This document shows, piece by piece, positions 1 to 9,379 of a stretch of DNA of 64,000 bases. The notes beneath the pieces were generated by a model. It searched no databases. It had not been told where the DNA came from and worked only from the letters and a program-made list of their open reading frames with translations. Origin of the DNA: Candidatus Wolfebacteria bacterium RIFOXYD12_FULL_48_21 (GTDB lineage: Bacteria > Patescibacteriota > Minisyncoccia > UBA6257 > UBA9933); NCBI GenBank assembly GCA_001793945.1, contig MGIW01000006.1, forward strand, positions 70,179-134,178, in the 5' to 3' direction. The position numbers and the translations under genes are program-made. Numbering within the stretch: position 1 is the first letter of the stretch; every line of letters begins with the position of its first letter.

Positions 1-675
1 TTGGGTTATGAGATCGTGCTCAAAACAAACGATACATTCGACCTGCATCTTGTTACCGCATTGGTTGCGGCGCCGAGCTATTGTTCCAATGCGCTTTCCC
101 AGGACGGGTGGGGAACATGGAGTATCAGCACCAAATCGTTACTGGGGAACTATCCCATGCCGACGAACGGGCTCATCTTTATCGAAGATAATGTTTGGGT
201 CAGCGGACAGATTGATGGTGCGCGTGTGACCATAGCTGCGGCACGGTTTCCTGACAATGTGGCGACCCGTTCGAGTATTACGGTAAATGATAATTTGCTG
301 TATACAAATTACACGGGCAACGATGTTATTTCGCTGATTGCACAAAAGAACATCAACATTGGCATGGTCAGTGTCGATACCATCCGCATCGATGCCGCGT
401 TGATGGCGCAAAACGGCCGCGTGGGGCGGTACTATTACGAAGGTCCAACGACCAGCCCTAATCGCGACCGCTGTTCGCCGTATCATGCCCGTACATTCAT
501 TACATCCTACGGCATGCTCGGCTCGAACCAGCGGTATGGGTTTGCCTATACCGACGGCACCGGCTATGTGTCCCGCAACTTGGTCTACGACACCAATCTG
601 CTCTATGGTCCGCCACCAAGCTTTCCATTGACCACCGACGCCTACAAGATCGTTTCATGGGACGAGGTTAAGTAA
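1..675 (+). CDS. C-terminal part of a PilX-like/pilus-associated beta-rich protein (5' truncated)
   Basis: ORF open from the window edge. Beta-rich GLIFIEDNVWVSG...IDAALMAQNG...YDTNLLYGPPPSFP...SWDEVK tail resembles CPR PilX-type proteins, and it lies upstream of a pilin. Confidence 0.5.
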   Translation: MGYEIVLKTNDTFDLHLVTALVAAPSYCSNALSQDGWGTWSISTKSLLGNYPMPTNGLIFIEDNVWVSGQIDGARVTIAAARFPDNVATRSSITVNDNLLYTNYTGNDVISLIAQKNINIGMVSVDTIRIDAALMAQNGRVGRYYYEGPTTSPNRDRCSPYHARTFITSYGMLGSNQRYGFAYTDGTGYVSRNLVYDTNLLYGPPPSFPLTTDAYKIVSWDEVK

Positions 676-679
676 GGGA

Positions 680-750
680 CATGAGATATGAGGTGTGGGG
701 CATGAGGTATGAGATGTGAGATGTGAGGTATGAGATGTGAGGTATGAGGG
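680..750. repeat. Degenerate heptamer tandem repeat (TATGAGG/TGTGAGA-like)
   Basis: atgagat atgaggt gtggggc atgaggt atgagat gtgagat gtgaggt..., 7-nt period. Confidence 0.85.
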
Positions 751-768
751 GGAAATTCGCTCCTTTCC

Positions 769-934
769 TGTCATTCCGAGTGCAACGCAGCGAAGCGGAG
801 TGAAATCGAGGGATCTGTAGCATGCGTCATTGCTGTCTGCCGGCGGACGGAGGGATCCAGAGTTTGCATTGTCATCCCGAGTGCAACGCAGCGAAGCGGA
901 GTGAAATCGAGGGATCTGTAGCATGTGTCATTGC
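769..934. repeat. Two tandem copies of a REP-like palindromic element (TGTCATYCCGAGTGCAACGCAGCGAAGCGGAGTGAAATCGAGGGATCTGTAG)
   Basis: Copies at 769-833 and 870-934, with a third near-identical copy at 51325-51376. Confidence 0.85.
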
Positions 935-1013
935 CGATATTTTCAATCCATAGTATAATGGACAGTAAGTAAAAAGGTCGAGGAGTTTTATCATTCAGTT
1001 AGTTTTACTACCA

Positions 1014-1448
1014 ATGAAAAAAGATTTTACAAAGGGTTTTACCTTGATCGAATTGCTCGTGGTTATCGGTATCATCGCGATCTTGGCCGGCGTGGTCATC
1101 GTTGCGTTGAACCCGGGACGACAGTTTGCACAGGCTCGCAACACGCAGCGCTGGAGCAATGTTAACACGATCTTGAACGCGGTCAGCCAGAATATGGCAG
1201 ACAACAGAGGTAACTGGACATGCGCCACCGCCACTTCATTGCCGTCGGTTTCGGCCGAAATCGGTACTGCAGGCGTGGATATTGAAGGTTGCATCGTTCC
1301 GACCTATGTTTCGACCATGCCGACCGATCCGACCGATGGAACGCTTGCTGCCACGAAATACTTTATTTCGTACAGCACGACGACCCGCCGGGTCAGCATC
1401 AACTCAGCTAGCGCGGAGTTGAGTGAGTCGATTTCAGTCACCCGCTAA
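1014..1448 (+). CDS. Type IV pilin (major-pilin-like)
   Basis: Class III signal KG|FTLIELLVVIGIIAILAGVV, a Cys pair and a PTDP motif. Confidence 0.9.
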   Translation: MKKDFTKGFTLIELLVVIGIIAILAGVVIVALNPGRQFAQARNTQRWSNVNTILNAVSQNMADNRGNWTCATATSLPSVSAEIGTAGVDIEGCIVPTYVSTMPTDPTDGTLAATKYFISYSTTTRRVSINSASAELSESISVTR

Positions 1449-1459
1449 GATAGAATGTC

Positions 1460-1722
1460 CTTGCTTGGCGAATTGCTGCGTTACGGGCCCCTCGCCCCTC
1501 GGTCACCGTACAGGTAGTACGCTTTCCTCGGTGCGTTTCCCGTGCCTTGCACTTCACTCAAGCAAAAACATTCCATAATAGTTCCGTGAATTCGGCGAAC
1601 TGCTGCGTTGCCTGCCTACCGGCAGGCGAGGCTCCGCCAGCCGGCGGATTCGGTCACCGTATGCATAATACGGCTTCCTCTCCAACCTCCCCGCGCCTTG
1701 CATTTCATCCGAATTCGCAAAA
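1460..1722. repeat. Two tandem copies of a dispersed MITE/REP-like element (GGCGAAYTGCTGCGTT...GCCTTGCAYTTCA)
   Basis: The same terminal motifs occur at about 1465-1562, 1593-1712, 29236-29330 and 62597-62772. Confidence 0.7.
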
Positions 1723-1948
1723 CTATCACATATAAAAACGATTCGCCCTGTGAGGGGGCGGATCGTTTTTTGTTCGCATTACTCGCCCCGTGGTCCGTTG
1801 CATTGTCATACTGGCGGAGGCCGGTATCCAGCGCATTGTCATTCCCGTGAAAACGGGAATCCATTTCCATCACAATAAGAGCATAAACCAACAAAACATG
1901 GTATTCTTAGAGGTAATACATGTATTCACTTTAAAGTCACTCATCATC

Positions 1949-2206
1949 ATGCTACTCGAATTTTATGGAACCGAATGCGCACATTGCATCCACATGAAGC
2001 CAATTGTAGAGCGGCTGAAGACGGAAGAGGGTATAGAGCTTCAGTCGTTTGAAACATGGCATAATGCTGAAAACGAGGCGAAGCGAAAGGAATACGACAA
2101 AGGCTTGTGCGGAGGCGTGCCGTTTTTCTTCAACACGGATACCGGCAAACACATTTGCGGCGGGACGGACTACGAAACCCTGAAAAAATGGGCAAAGGGG
2201 GAGTAA
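1949..2206 (+). CDS. Thioredoxin/glutaredoxin-like protein
   Basis: EFYGTECAHC (CxxC) and GGVPFF cis-Pro motif. Confidence 0.85.
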   Translation: MLLEFYGTECAHCIHMKPIVERLKTEEGIELQSFETWHNAENEAKRKEYDKGLCGGVPFFFNTDTGKHICGGTDYETLKKWAKGE

Positions 2207-2301
2207 AAGATACCTTTTGCGCATCGGTATTTGCATGCAATACAGGCAAAAAGAAAGGTTGCAAAAACCCATTTTTTCAGGCATTATTTAAAAGCATATT
2301 T

Positions 2302-2372
2302 TGCCAGATCGTCTAATGGTAGGACAGCGGACTCTGAATCCGTCAATCTTGGTTCGAATCCAGGTCTGGCAG
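2302..2372 (+). tRNA. tRNA-Gln (anticodon CTG), CCA not encoded
   Basis: Acceptor stem TGCCAGA/TCTGGCA, D-loop AATGGTAGG, anticodon arm GCGGA-CTCTGAA-TCCGT, T-loop GGTTCGAATCC. Confidence 0.95.
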
Positions 2373-2461
2373 CAGCGCACCATTCGGTGCACTGCTTCGC
2401 TAAGAAGCAGAAAACGAATGGTAAGCGTCGGGATGCACCGTATGGTGCGTCTCCCCACGCT

Positions 2462-2761
2462 ATGAAATTTTATTATGTTTATATCTTAAAAAGCATCAAG
2501 AAGCGTTTTATTTATACGGGCTATACTACGGATCTTGGGCGTAGATTTAAAGAGCATAATAATAGGGAAGAGCTATCAACAAAGCACTACGCACCTTTTG
2601 ATCTGATCCATTATGAAGCATATAGAAATCAGAAGGATGCGAAACGACGCGAGGGATACCTGAAAACAACAAAAGGGAAAACAACCCTACGAACCATGCT
2701 CAAAGAGTATTTTGAAAATGATTCAGCACCAGGAGGTGCCTTGCGTGAATCGGTAGAATAA
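2462..2761 (+). CDS. Small GIY-YIG nuclease family protein
   Basis: YYVYILKS...FIYTGYTTDLGRRFKEHN...YEAY...AKRREGYLK. Confidence 0.9.
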   Translation: MKFYYVYILKSIKKRFIYTGYTTDLGRRFKEHNNREELSTKHYAPFDLIHYEAYRNQKDAKRREGYLKTTKGKTTLRTMLKEYFENDSAPGGALRESVE

Positions 2762-2943
2762 AACAATTAAAGAAATGGATCCGTGCCAAAAAAGAAGCCC
2801 TTATTGCGGGGGATTTAAAGTTGCTTAAGGAATTGTAACCTCCCTTGCCCAACCCCTCTTAGGGGCGTATTATGGAGGGAATAGGGGGGGTAATTAAAGG
2901 TACCTGACCCTATTACTCCCAAATTATTAAATTAATATAAACT

Positions 2944-3561
2944 ATGGAATATTTCTTTCAATATATATTCAGCGGGATAGCGACTATAGTAACTGGCACC
3001 GTCGCTATAGCTATCTACTTTCATCAAAAGCGTAACAATAAAATCCAGGCAGCAAGGGTTTTACTAACAGAAATTAGAACCGCCGAGGAACAGATTGGAG
3101 TTATTAGGGAAAAGATTATTACAGGGGATACATCGGACATGCCAAATTCTGTTTTTCAAACTAATAATTGGAAAAAATATGCACACTTATTTGTAAGCAA
3201 TTTTGATCAAGATGATTTAAAATTGATAAATTCATTTTATGATTACGGTGAATTAATAGAGGAATTTGCAAAGAGAGAAAGTAATTATTTTTGGATAGCG
3301 ACAGAGGAGCGCGCAAGAATAACAGTGCAGATGATTGCTAGATTTGTAGATGAGGAATTTCATAAAATTCCACAGGAGAGGGATACTAATAATATAGAAT
3401 TAAAAAAACAATTTTTTAATGTTGGTATGGATAACCATAACACTCCTTATTCTCCTAAAAAAACTCTCAAAGGAATAGAAAACCGTTTATCAAAAATTCA
3501 AACAATAACTACTTCGAGTACGGGTGCCAAGCTAAAAAAACTTGCAAAATTAGATAAATAA
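2944..3561 (+). CDS. Hypothetical protein with N-terminal TM anchor (AT-rich, island gene)
   Basis: 205-aa ORF with a hydrophobic N-terminus and visibly low GC. Confidence 0.65.
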   Translation: MEYFFQYIFSGIATIVTGTVAIAIYFHQKRNNKIQAARVLLTEIRTAEEQIGVIREKIITGDTSDMPNSVFQTNNWKKYAHLFVSNFDQDDLKLINSFYDYGELIEEFAKRESNYFWIATEERARITVQMIARFVDEEFHKIPQERDTNNIELKKQFFNVGMDNHNTPYSPKKTLKGIENRLSKIQTITTSSTGAKLKKLAKLDK

Positions 3562-3835
3562 TATTAGCGCTCAAGGTGCGTCGATGGGGTTGGTAAAATT
3601 GGCTCAAAAAAGCCTTACAGAGTCTATTCGGCGGTGGTTCTAACTCGACTTAGCCAGCCATTCGACTCGCTCCGCTCGCTCATGGCTTTCAGCCCCTCCG
3701 ACAAGCTTAGTATGGGTCAATAAAATAAGACCGCCCCTTGAGGCGACCTTATTTTATTGCGTGCATCGGGTGTGGCTATTTGCATTATATTACAATTTGG
3801 AATATAACGCAACGGAATACTATCATATATACATC

Positions 3836-4057
3836 ATGACAAAGGCGATATTTTCAAAAGACCACAAATATGCGGTTGAACAGGTAAAGAAAGCCCGTAT
3901 TGAGGCAGGCTTGGGTCAAGTCGAAGTGGCGAAGCTACTTGGCAAAACCCAGCCACACATATCAAAGATTGAAGCAGGGCAAAGACGGCTTGATATTACG
4001 CAGCTCAAAGAGTTTGCAAAAATCTATAAAAAAGACTTGTCTTTTTTCATCAAATAA
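3836..4057 (+). CDS. XRE-family HTH regulator (RM controller/C-protein-like)
   Basis: ARIEAGLGQVEVAKLLGKTQPHISKIEAGQRRLD. The stop is 1 nt before the restriction endonuclease start. Confidence 0.85.
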   Translation: MTKAIFSKDHKYAVEQVKKARIEAGLGQVEVAKLLGKTQPHISKIEAGQRRLDITQLKEFAKIYKKDLSFFIK

Positions 4058-4058
4058 C

Positions 4059-4760
4059 ATGACACTTGCAGAACTCAAAAAGAAGCTCAAAAATATCAAG
4101 AGACTTGGCTTCGTTAAAACTCACCGAAAGGGCGATACGGGGATAGGCAAAACCCTTGAAGATTTACTCGGAATAAAAGAAAACAACATTCCGCTCCCTG
4201 ATATTGGCGAGATTGCAGAACTAAAGGCGTATCGTCGAAGCGCAGGATCCATGCTTACTCTTTTTACTCTTGAACCTCAACCAAAAGGTGGCGATCGAGA
4301 TAGAACGCTTCTTGATAATTTTGGATATTCAAAAAGAGATAATGGTCGCTTAAAAGAACTACACAGCACTCTTTCCTGTAAAAGATATAACAACCAAGGT
4401 TTGAAACTCAAAGTTGAAAAAGACAAGGTCCGCGTTGTTGGTAAAGGGAAAAGACTCAATATCTATTGGGACATGGAGGATTTGAAGAAAAAGTTTGAAG
4501 CTAAGCTTCCAGCCCTCGTCTATGCTTTAGCAGATAATAAAGAATTAAAAGGCATCGAGTATTTTTATTTTAATCAAGTATATTTCTTGGAAGGTTTTGA
4601 TTTTGAGCATTTCAAAAATATGGTCAAAAAAGATGCGATTGTTGTCGATCTCAGGATGTTCTATCGACCAAATGGATCTGTTCGTAACCACGGTACTGGA
4701 TTTCGGGTGAAAATAAACCAGTTATATAATTGCTTTGATACGAAAGTTGAATTGCTTTAG
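4059..4760 (+). CDS. MvaI/BcnI-family type II restriction endonuclease
   Basis: GDTGIGKTLEDLLGIKENN..PD...ELKA...LTLFT and C-terminal RNHGTGFR motifs. Adjacent to a methyltransferase. Confidence 0.85.
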   Translation: MTLAELKKKLKNIKRLGFVKTHRKGDTGIGKTLEDLLGIKENNIPLPDIGEIAELKAYRRSAGSMLTLFTLEPQPKGGDRDRTLLDNFGYSKRDNGRLKELHSTLSCKRYNNQGLKLKVEKDKVRVVGKGKRLNIYWDMEDLKKKFEAKLPALVYALADNKELKGIEYFYFNQVYFLEGFDFEHFKNMVKKDAIVVDLRMFYRPNGSVRNHGTGFRVKINQLYNCFDTKVELL

Positions 4761-6622
4761 TTTTTCCTCAATACAACAATGCTCTCTTTGTTCATTGTTT
4801 CCTCCAGCGCACCAACAATGTTGGTCGGCGAGTTTTTGATCGGCATTCTTTTCCCTGGAATATTACGGACGATTATATCTTCGCAAGTAAAGCCAATCTT
4901 CTCGGCAAGCTCGGCAATAATAAAATCGGTAGGGATTCTAACTTGTTTCACCAATCTGTTACCTATAACAAGGCAAAAATATTTTCTTGGTTTAAGGATT
5001 CTATGAGCCTGCTTCAAACACTCATTCAATCCAAGATTAAAGCTTAATACATCTTTTGCTCTGGCTTCGTCTTGATTCGCAATTTTTTCTAAGGATTCTT
5101 TAAGATAATTGGATGAGAGTATGTGGGTTAGGTTTTTAGCAGCTCTGCCACCGAGTAGATCGTTATCTACGCCAGAGGCATCATTTGGATTATCAAATAC
5201 ATCAATCCACTGCGCCGATAGGCGGGAAAATTGTCCATATGCAACTGTTGTTCGGCTATCGCCGTATGGCGGAGAAGTGATAATGCAGTCAATAGAATTT
5301 GCTTTAATCCCATTGTCTTTTGACGAATCTCCGTAGATTATTTTTGTCCACGAATCCTTATTCGCATCTTTGTAAAATTCGGTCATTCCTACAATATTTT
5401 TTTCTGCATTTTTGCGAAAGATTGCCAATACATTTGGATTATGTCTTTCAAGTTTTTCTCCTTTAACACGCACCAATTTAAACTCTCCAGTTTTTGCGTT
5501 GGAGGAATAACGGACGGTCTCACTAAAGGCAACCATTAAGAAATTTTGAATTGGCTTGTCTTTTATTTCGCGTATGGCTTTTTTTAGCTTGGCAAGTTCA
5601 ATAATTACTTTATCCTTAAACCAAAAATCAATGTTCTTGAAATCCGGTCGTTTTATTTCGTTATCTTTTATTTTTGCTACTCTATCGAGTAAAGATAAGT
5701 ATTCTTTTGTTAGTTTTTGAGGATTGATTGGACTCATTTTTGCTTTCGCAAGAAAAATAGCCAAAGGGTTAAGGTCAATTCCGTAGGCATTTCTCCCTAT
5801 CAATCTGCTTTCGACAAGCGCCGTACCCGAACCGCAGAAAATATCACAAATTGTATCGCCTTTTTTGCTATAGGTTTCCAGCAGTCTTCTTCCGACTTGT
5901 GGAATGAACATTGCGGGATAGGTATGTATTCCATGCGTGTATGATTTTGTTTTTTCACCTCTATAATCCCACGAGTAGTCTATTTTGCGGACATACTTTT
6001 CATCCCTTGATTGTCCTTGGTCAAGCTGTGATTCAAGATTGCGAATTATTTTTACAACGACACCTCTGACTTCCACTTCATCGCGATATATCGGGAATAG
6101 TGTTGGATTCGCGGGTTGCAATCTAAATCTCCCATTCTCTCGGTATAGTTTTTTTAGTGTTGCTTCGTTGTTATCTATTACCGCTACAACGGTCTGGCCA
6201 TTTTCCGCCACTTCTTGTTTTCGGATAACTACAATATCGCCATCAAAAATACCGTCATCAATCATGCTGCTGCCTTGCACACGCAAGGCATAGTGCTTTC
6301 CTTGCTGTCCGATTTCGTCTTTTGTGATAGTGATAGTTTCATCGGGGATTTCGATCGCCTCAATCGGTTGTCCGGCGGCGATCGCTCCTAAAATAGGTAT
6401 TTCGATAGTTTGTTTCGCTTCTACCGTTGAAACAGCACGAGGTTGATTGTGTTCTTTATTCAAGAAGCCAGCATCTTGTAATTTGCTAATGTAATAATGG
6501 GCCGTGGAAACAGAGGCGAGCTTGAATTTTTGCCGTATATCTTCAAGAGAGGGGGCATAACCATGCTTCGCTCTGTAAAATTTGATGAAATCAAGAACTT
6601 GCACTTGCTTTTTTGTGAGCAT
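4757..6622 (-). CDS. LexA repressor fused to an N4-cytosine DNA methyltransferase
   Basis: About aa 1-195 is LexA (winged HTH, IAAG cleavage site, GSSM Ser, TLKK Lys). The C-terminus has HTYPAMF, DIFCGSGT and TSPPY. Confidence 0.9.
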   Translation of the reverse strand: MLTKKQVQVLDFIKFYRAKHGYAPSLEDIRQKFKLASVSTAHYYISKLQDAGFLNKEHNQPRAVSTVEAKQTIEIPILGAIAAGQPIEAIEIPDETITITKDEIGQQGKHYALRVQGSSMIDDGIFDGDIVVIRKQEVAENGQTVVAVIDNNEATLKKLYRENGRFRLQPANPTLFPIYRDEVEVRGVVVKIIRNLESQLDQGQSRDEKYVRKIDYSWDYRGEKTKSYTHGIHTYPAMFIPQVGRRLLETYSKKGDTICDIFCGSGTALVESRLIGRNAYGIDLNPLAIFLAKAKMSPINPQKLTKEYLSLLDRVAKIKDNEIKRPDFKNIDFWFKDKVIIELAKLKKAIREIKDKPIQNFLMVAFSETVRYSSNAKTGEFKLVRVKGEKLERHNPNVLAIFRKNAEKNIVGMTEFYKDANKDSWTKIIYGDSSKDNGIKANSIDCIITSPPYGDSRTTVAYGQFSRLSAQWIDVFDNPNDASGVDNDLLGGRAAKNLTHILSSNYLKESLEKIANQDEARAKDVLSFNLGLNECLKQAHRILKPRKYFCLVIGNRLVKQVRIPTDFIIAELAEKIGFTCEDIIVRNIPGKRMPIKNSPTNIVGALEETMNKESIVVLRKN

Positions 6623-6634
6623 ATAATAGTATTA

Positions 6635-6651
6635 TAGAAAATAATTAGAAT
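6635..6651. promoter_or_regulatory. Candidate LexA operator TAGAAA-N5-TAGAAT
   Basis: 11-bp-period direct repeat starting 13 nt from the lexA-MTase start. Matches the boxes at 51144-51160 and 51200-51216. Confidence 0.55.
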
Positions 6652-6679
6652 ATAAACAAATTAACTTATCCCCACACAT

Positions 6680-6976
6680 ATGCTAAAATTTAGTAGAATC
6701 CAAAAATTCACGAAAGCAAATATAGCCAATGTCCCTCAAGACAAAGCTATCATCTATAAAATAAAAAGCAGGAGCGGAGAGAACCTATATACAGGAATCG
6801 CCGGTCGCGGTCGCGGACAGGATCGCCTCGTAGAACACAAGAACATTAAGAAAGATCAAATCCCTGAAGGAACGAGATTTCAGTATGCGCAGGTAAAAAC
6901 GAAAGTGCGCGCCCACCAGATCGAAAAATCTATTATTAAAAAGGAACAACCCGAGCATAACGAGCAACACAAATGA
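6680..6976 (+). CDS. Small GIY-YIG-like protein
   Basis: IIYKIK...NLYTGIA...RLVEH...AHQIEKSIIKKEQPEHN. Confidence 0.7.
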   Translation: MLKFSRIQKFTKANIANVPQDKAIIYKIKSRSGENLYTGIAGRGRGQDRLVEHKNIKKDQIPEGTRFQYAQVKTKVRAHQIEKSIIKKEQPEHNEQHK

Positions 6977-7818
6977 ATTACGCTTTCCAGCCCCAACCGA
7001 AACCAATGCGAGTGCATATTTTTGATGTTGAACACGGAGAATGTAGCGCTATAGAGACACCATCGGGCGAGTTAATTTTGATTGGTGCCGGACATAATTT
7101 ATCAACGAACTGGAAACCTTCCGACTGGCTCAAGAGTCGTAATCAGCGACCTCATTGCTTGGTTTTGAGTAACCTTGATCGCGACCATCTCTCTGATTTG
7201 CCGAGTTTTGAACCGGGAATTCGTCCTGTTTCAATCAAGCACAACAACTCTGTAAGTCCTGACTGGGTTGAAAATTTGAAAATCGAGGAAAGTGGCGAGG
7301 TACACGATAGTATTAAGACAGCTCTTCATTGGGTGCGAAATGTTTTTACAGGTGAATCCATAAATCCAGACTATGGAATGGAAAAAATGTTTTTTTACCA
7401 CTCACCGACGAAATTCCAAGATACCAATAATTTGAGTGTCGTTACATTCGTTTCTTACAATAATATCGGCATCATGTTTCCGGGCGACCTTGAAACTGCA
7501 GGGTGGCAAGAATTTTTGAAAGATCAAAACTTCTTAACTTATCTGCGCAGGACGAATATATTTATTGCTTCGCATCACGGTCGCGAAGGAGGATACTGCA
7601 AAGAAGTTTTTGATTATTGTAGCCCTCACGCAGTCATCATTTCCGACAAGCCGGTGGTTCACGGTACCCAAGACCATGATCTTTATAGCCAACATTGTAG
7701 CGGTTTAGATTTTAGTGGTACAAACAGAAAAGTTTTGACTACGCGAAACGATGGAAAAATAACTATAGAAGTTCCTTCGACTGGCTCGTATACTGTGTAC
7801 ATCAATCAAGCCTACTAG
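6973..7818 (+). CDS. Stand-alone ComEC/Rec2-like metallo-beta-lactamase-fold hydrolase
   Basis: FDVEHGEC, variant SNLDRDHL (HxHxDH), NNLSVV, FPGDLE, ASHHGR, TTRNDG. Confidence 0.85.
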   Translation: MNYAFQPQPKPMRVHIFDVEHGECSAIETPSGELILIGAGHNLSTNWKPSDWLKSRNQRPHCLVLSNLDRDHLSDLPSFEPGIRPVSIKHNNSVSPDWVENLKIEESGEVHDSIKTALHWVRNVFTGESINPDYGMEKMFFYHSPTKFQDTNNLSVVTFVSYNNIGIMFPGDLETAGWQEFLKDQNFLTYLRRTNIFIASHHGREGGYCKEVFDYCSPHAVIISDKPVVHGTQDHDLYSQHCSGLDFSGTNRKVLTTRNDGKITIEVPSTGSYTVYINQAY

Positions 7819-7827
7819 GTTAATAAT

Positions 7828-8316
7828 ATGAAAGACATTCTCGACAAAATAACTTCTTACAATCTTTTCAATTACCTACTGCCCGGGGTGCTCTTTGTTG
7901 CTATTTTAGATAAATTCACGATTTACTCACTTACGCAGGAAAATCTCGTCGTTGGAGCTTTTGTATATTATTTCGTAGGATTGGTAATAAGTAGATTTGG
8001 TTCGCTGATTATCGAACCGTTTTTGAAGTCAGTATCTTTTCTGAAATTTGCTGATTATGCCGATTTTGTTTCTGCGTCAAAAATTGATTCCAAAGTCGAG
8101 AATTTTTCGGAAGTAAATAATATGTACCGGACATTTACTGCAATGTTCGTCTTGCTCCTATTGCTCAAAGGTTACGAATTACTTGCTGTTAAAATTTCGA
8201 TATTGGGCGAACACACCCCATTGATTTTGGTGGCAGTACTTTTGACGATGTTTCTTTTTTCGTATAGAAAACAAACTGGTTATATAACAAAGAGGATTAA
8301 AGCGAGCAAATCCTAA
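7828..8316 (+). CDS. Multi-pass (about 4 TM) membrane protein
   Basis: Hydrophobic segments. Starts 9 nt after the MBL gene. Confidence 0.75.
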   Translation: MKDILDKITSYNLFNYLLPGVLFVAILDKFTIYSLTQENLVVGAFVYYFVGLVISRFGSLIIEPFLKSVSFLKFADYADFVSASKIDSKVENFSEVNNMYRTFTAMFVLLLLLKGYELLAVKISILGEHTPLILVAVLLTMFLFSYRKQTGYITKRIKASKS

Positions 8317-8489
8317 TTTGTAATTAACGAGGTCAGATACCATTGATTGCCATTTGTTATAGAAGAAAGAAGCGATATACTGTATATAATGCCATGTATC
8401 CCATGCATTGATGTTGGAGGGATATTTATTGTGTTATTAACCGTGCTAATTTGCTATAAATGGGGTAAACCACTATCATTCCATCACTT

Positions 8490-8954
8490 ATGAAAAAAAT
8501 CTCAATACTATTTCTTCAGGCGGTCACTGTGCTTATTGGCATTGGTGTTCTTGCCTTTCTGCTTTGGGAGCCGTGGGTGGAAGGCGTAAACGCACACGCT
8601 ACTTCGTTCTTTGACATCTATTTTGACGATCCCTTTTTGGCATATATGTATCTTGGGTCCATCCCATTTTTTGTAGGGCTTTATCAGGCATTCAAAGTGT
8701 TGGGATATGCCGGGCAAAACAAGATATTTTCGCAAGTGACCGTGAACGCTTTGTGGACTATAAAATACTGCGCGTTCATTACGGCGGGCGCAGTAGTGGC
8801 GGCAGATGCCTACCTCATGATAGCCGCACGCAGCAGCAACGATGATGCCGCAGGAGCCGTGATGCTTGGCATGATAGCCACCCTCATCTTGCTTGTTGTC
8901 GGTATAGTTGCGGCGATGTTTGGGCGGACTTTGCAGAATAGGGTCCAGTCTTAA
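8490..8954 (+). CDS. DUF2975-like membrane protein
   Basis: 4 TM segments and a PFFVGLYQAFKVLGY...FS...VNAL..IKYCA pattern. Confidence 0.75.
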   Translation: MKKISILFLQAVTVLIGIGVLAFLLWEPWVEGVNAHATSFFDIYFDDPFLAYMYLGSIPFFVGLYQAFKVLGYAGQNKIFSQVTVNALWTIKYCAFITAGAVVAADAYLMIAARSSNDDAAGAVMLGMIATLILLVVGIVAAMFGRTLQNRVQS

Positions 8955-8963
8955 TTTTTTAAC

Positions 8964-8992
8964 AAAAAAAGCCCGGCGGGTGCCGGGCTTTT
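8964..8992. terminator. Bidirectional intrinsic terminator
   Basis: AAAAAAAGCCCGGC-GGGT-GCCGGGCTTTT between convergent genes. Confidence 0.8.
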
Positions 8993-9009
8993 GGTCGGGG
9001 TGAGCGGGC

Positions 9010-9183
9010 TTAACGGTTTCCGTAGACAGTGAGTATCGTGCTTGCCAAAATGGCGAGGGCGATCTTGCCGACTTCCTCTGGTTCGCCCAAATAGATCTTT
9101 GGCATATCCGCCGTTTCCCATGCCCGCTTTGCGGTCCTCAATGCCTCCTCAAGATCTTCCTGGGCCTGTTGTGCTATGGCCAT
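9010..9183 (-). CDS. Small hypothetical protein
   Basis: GGAGG ribosome-binding site upstream of MAIAQQAQ. Confidence 0.55.
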   Translation of the reverse strand: MAIAQQAQEDLEEALRTAKRAWETADMPKIYLGEPEEVGKIALAILASTILTVYGNR

Positions 9184-9379
9184 GGTGCTTCCTCCGTATG
9201 AAAAGTTAATAAAAAAATGATGCTGTATTGTTAATACCATGTGGTGGTTTAATTGTCAAGTTTGCTCGGTAATGTATAAAGTGGTCAGATACTTCCTTAA
9301 CTTCTGTTTTACAAAAAAATCGCCTAACGGCGATTTTTTGTTTTATCTTGCGGAAATGGCTGCCGGCTTGTTTATTGAT

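Noticed and set aside
769-934. Direct repeats with a spacer resembling a CRISPR array
   Set aside because: Only two 65-bp copies, part of a dispersed palindromic family, and no cas genes in the window.
2231-2461. N-terminal extension of the GIY-YIG ORF
   Set aside because: It overlaps tRNA-Gln. The real start is most likely the ATG at 2462.
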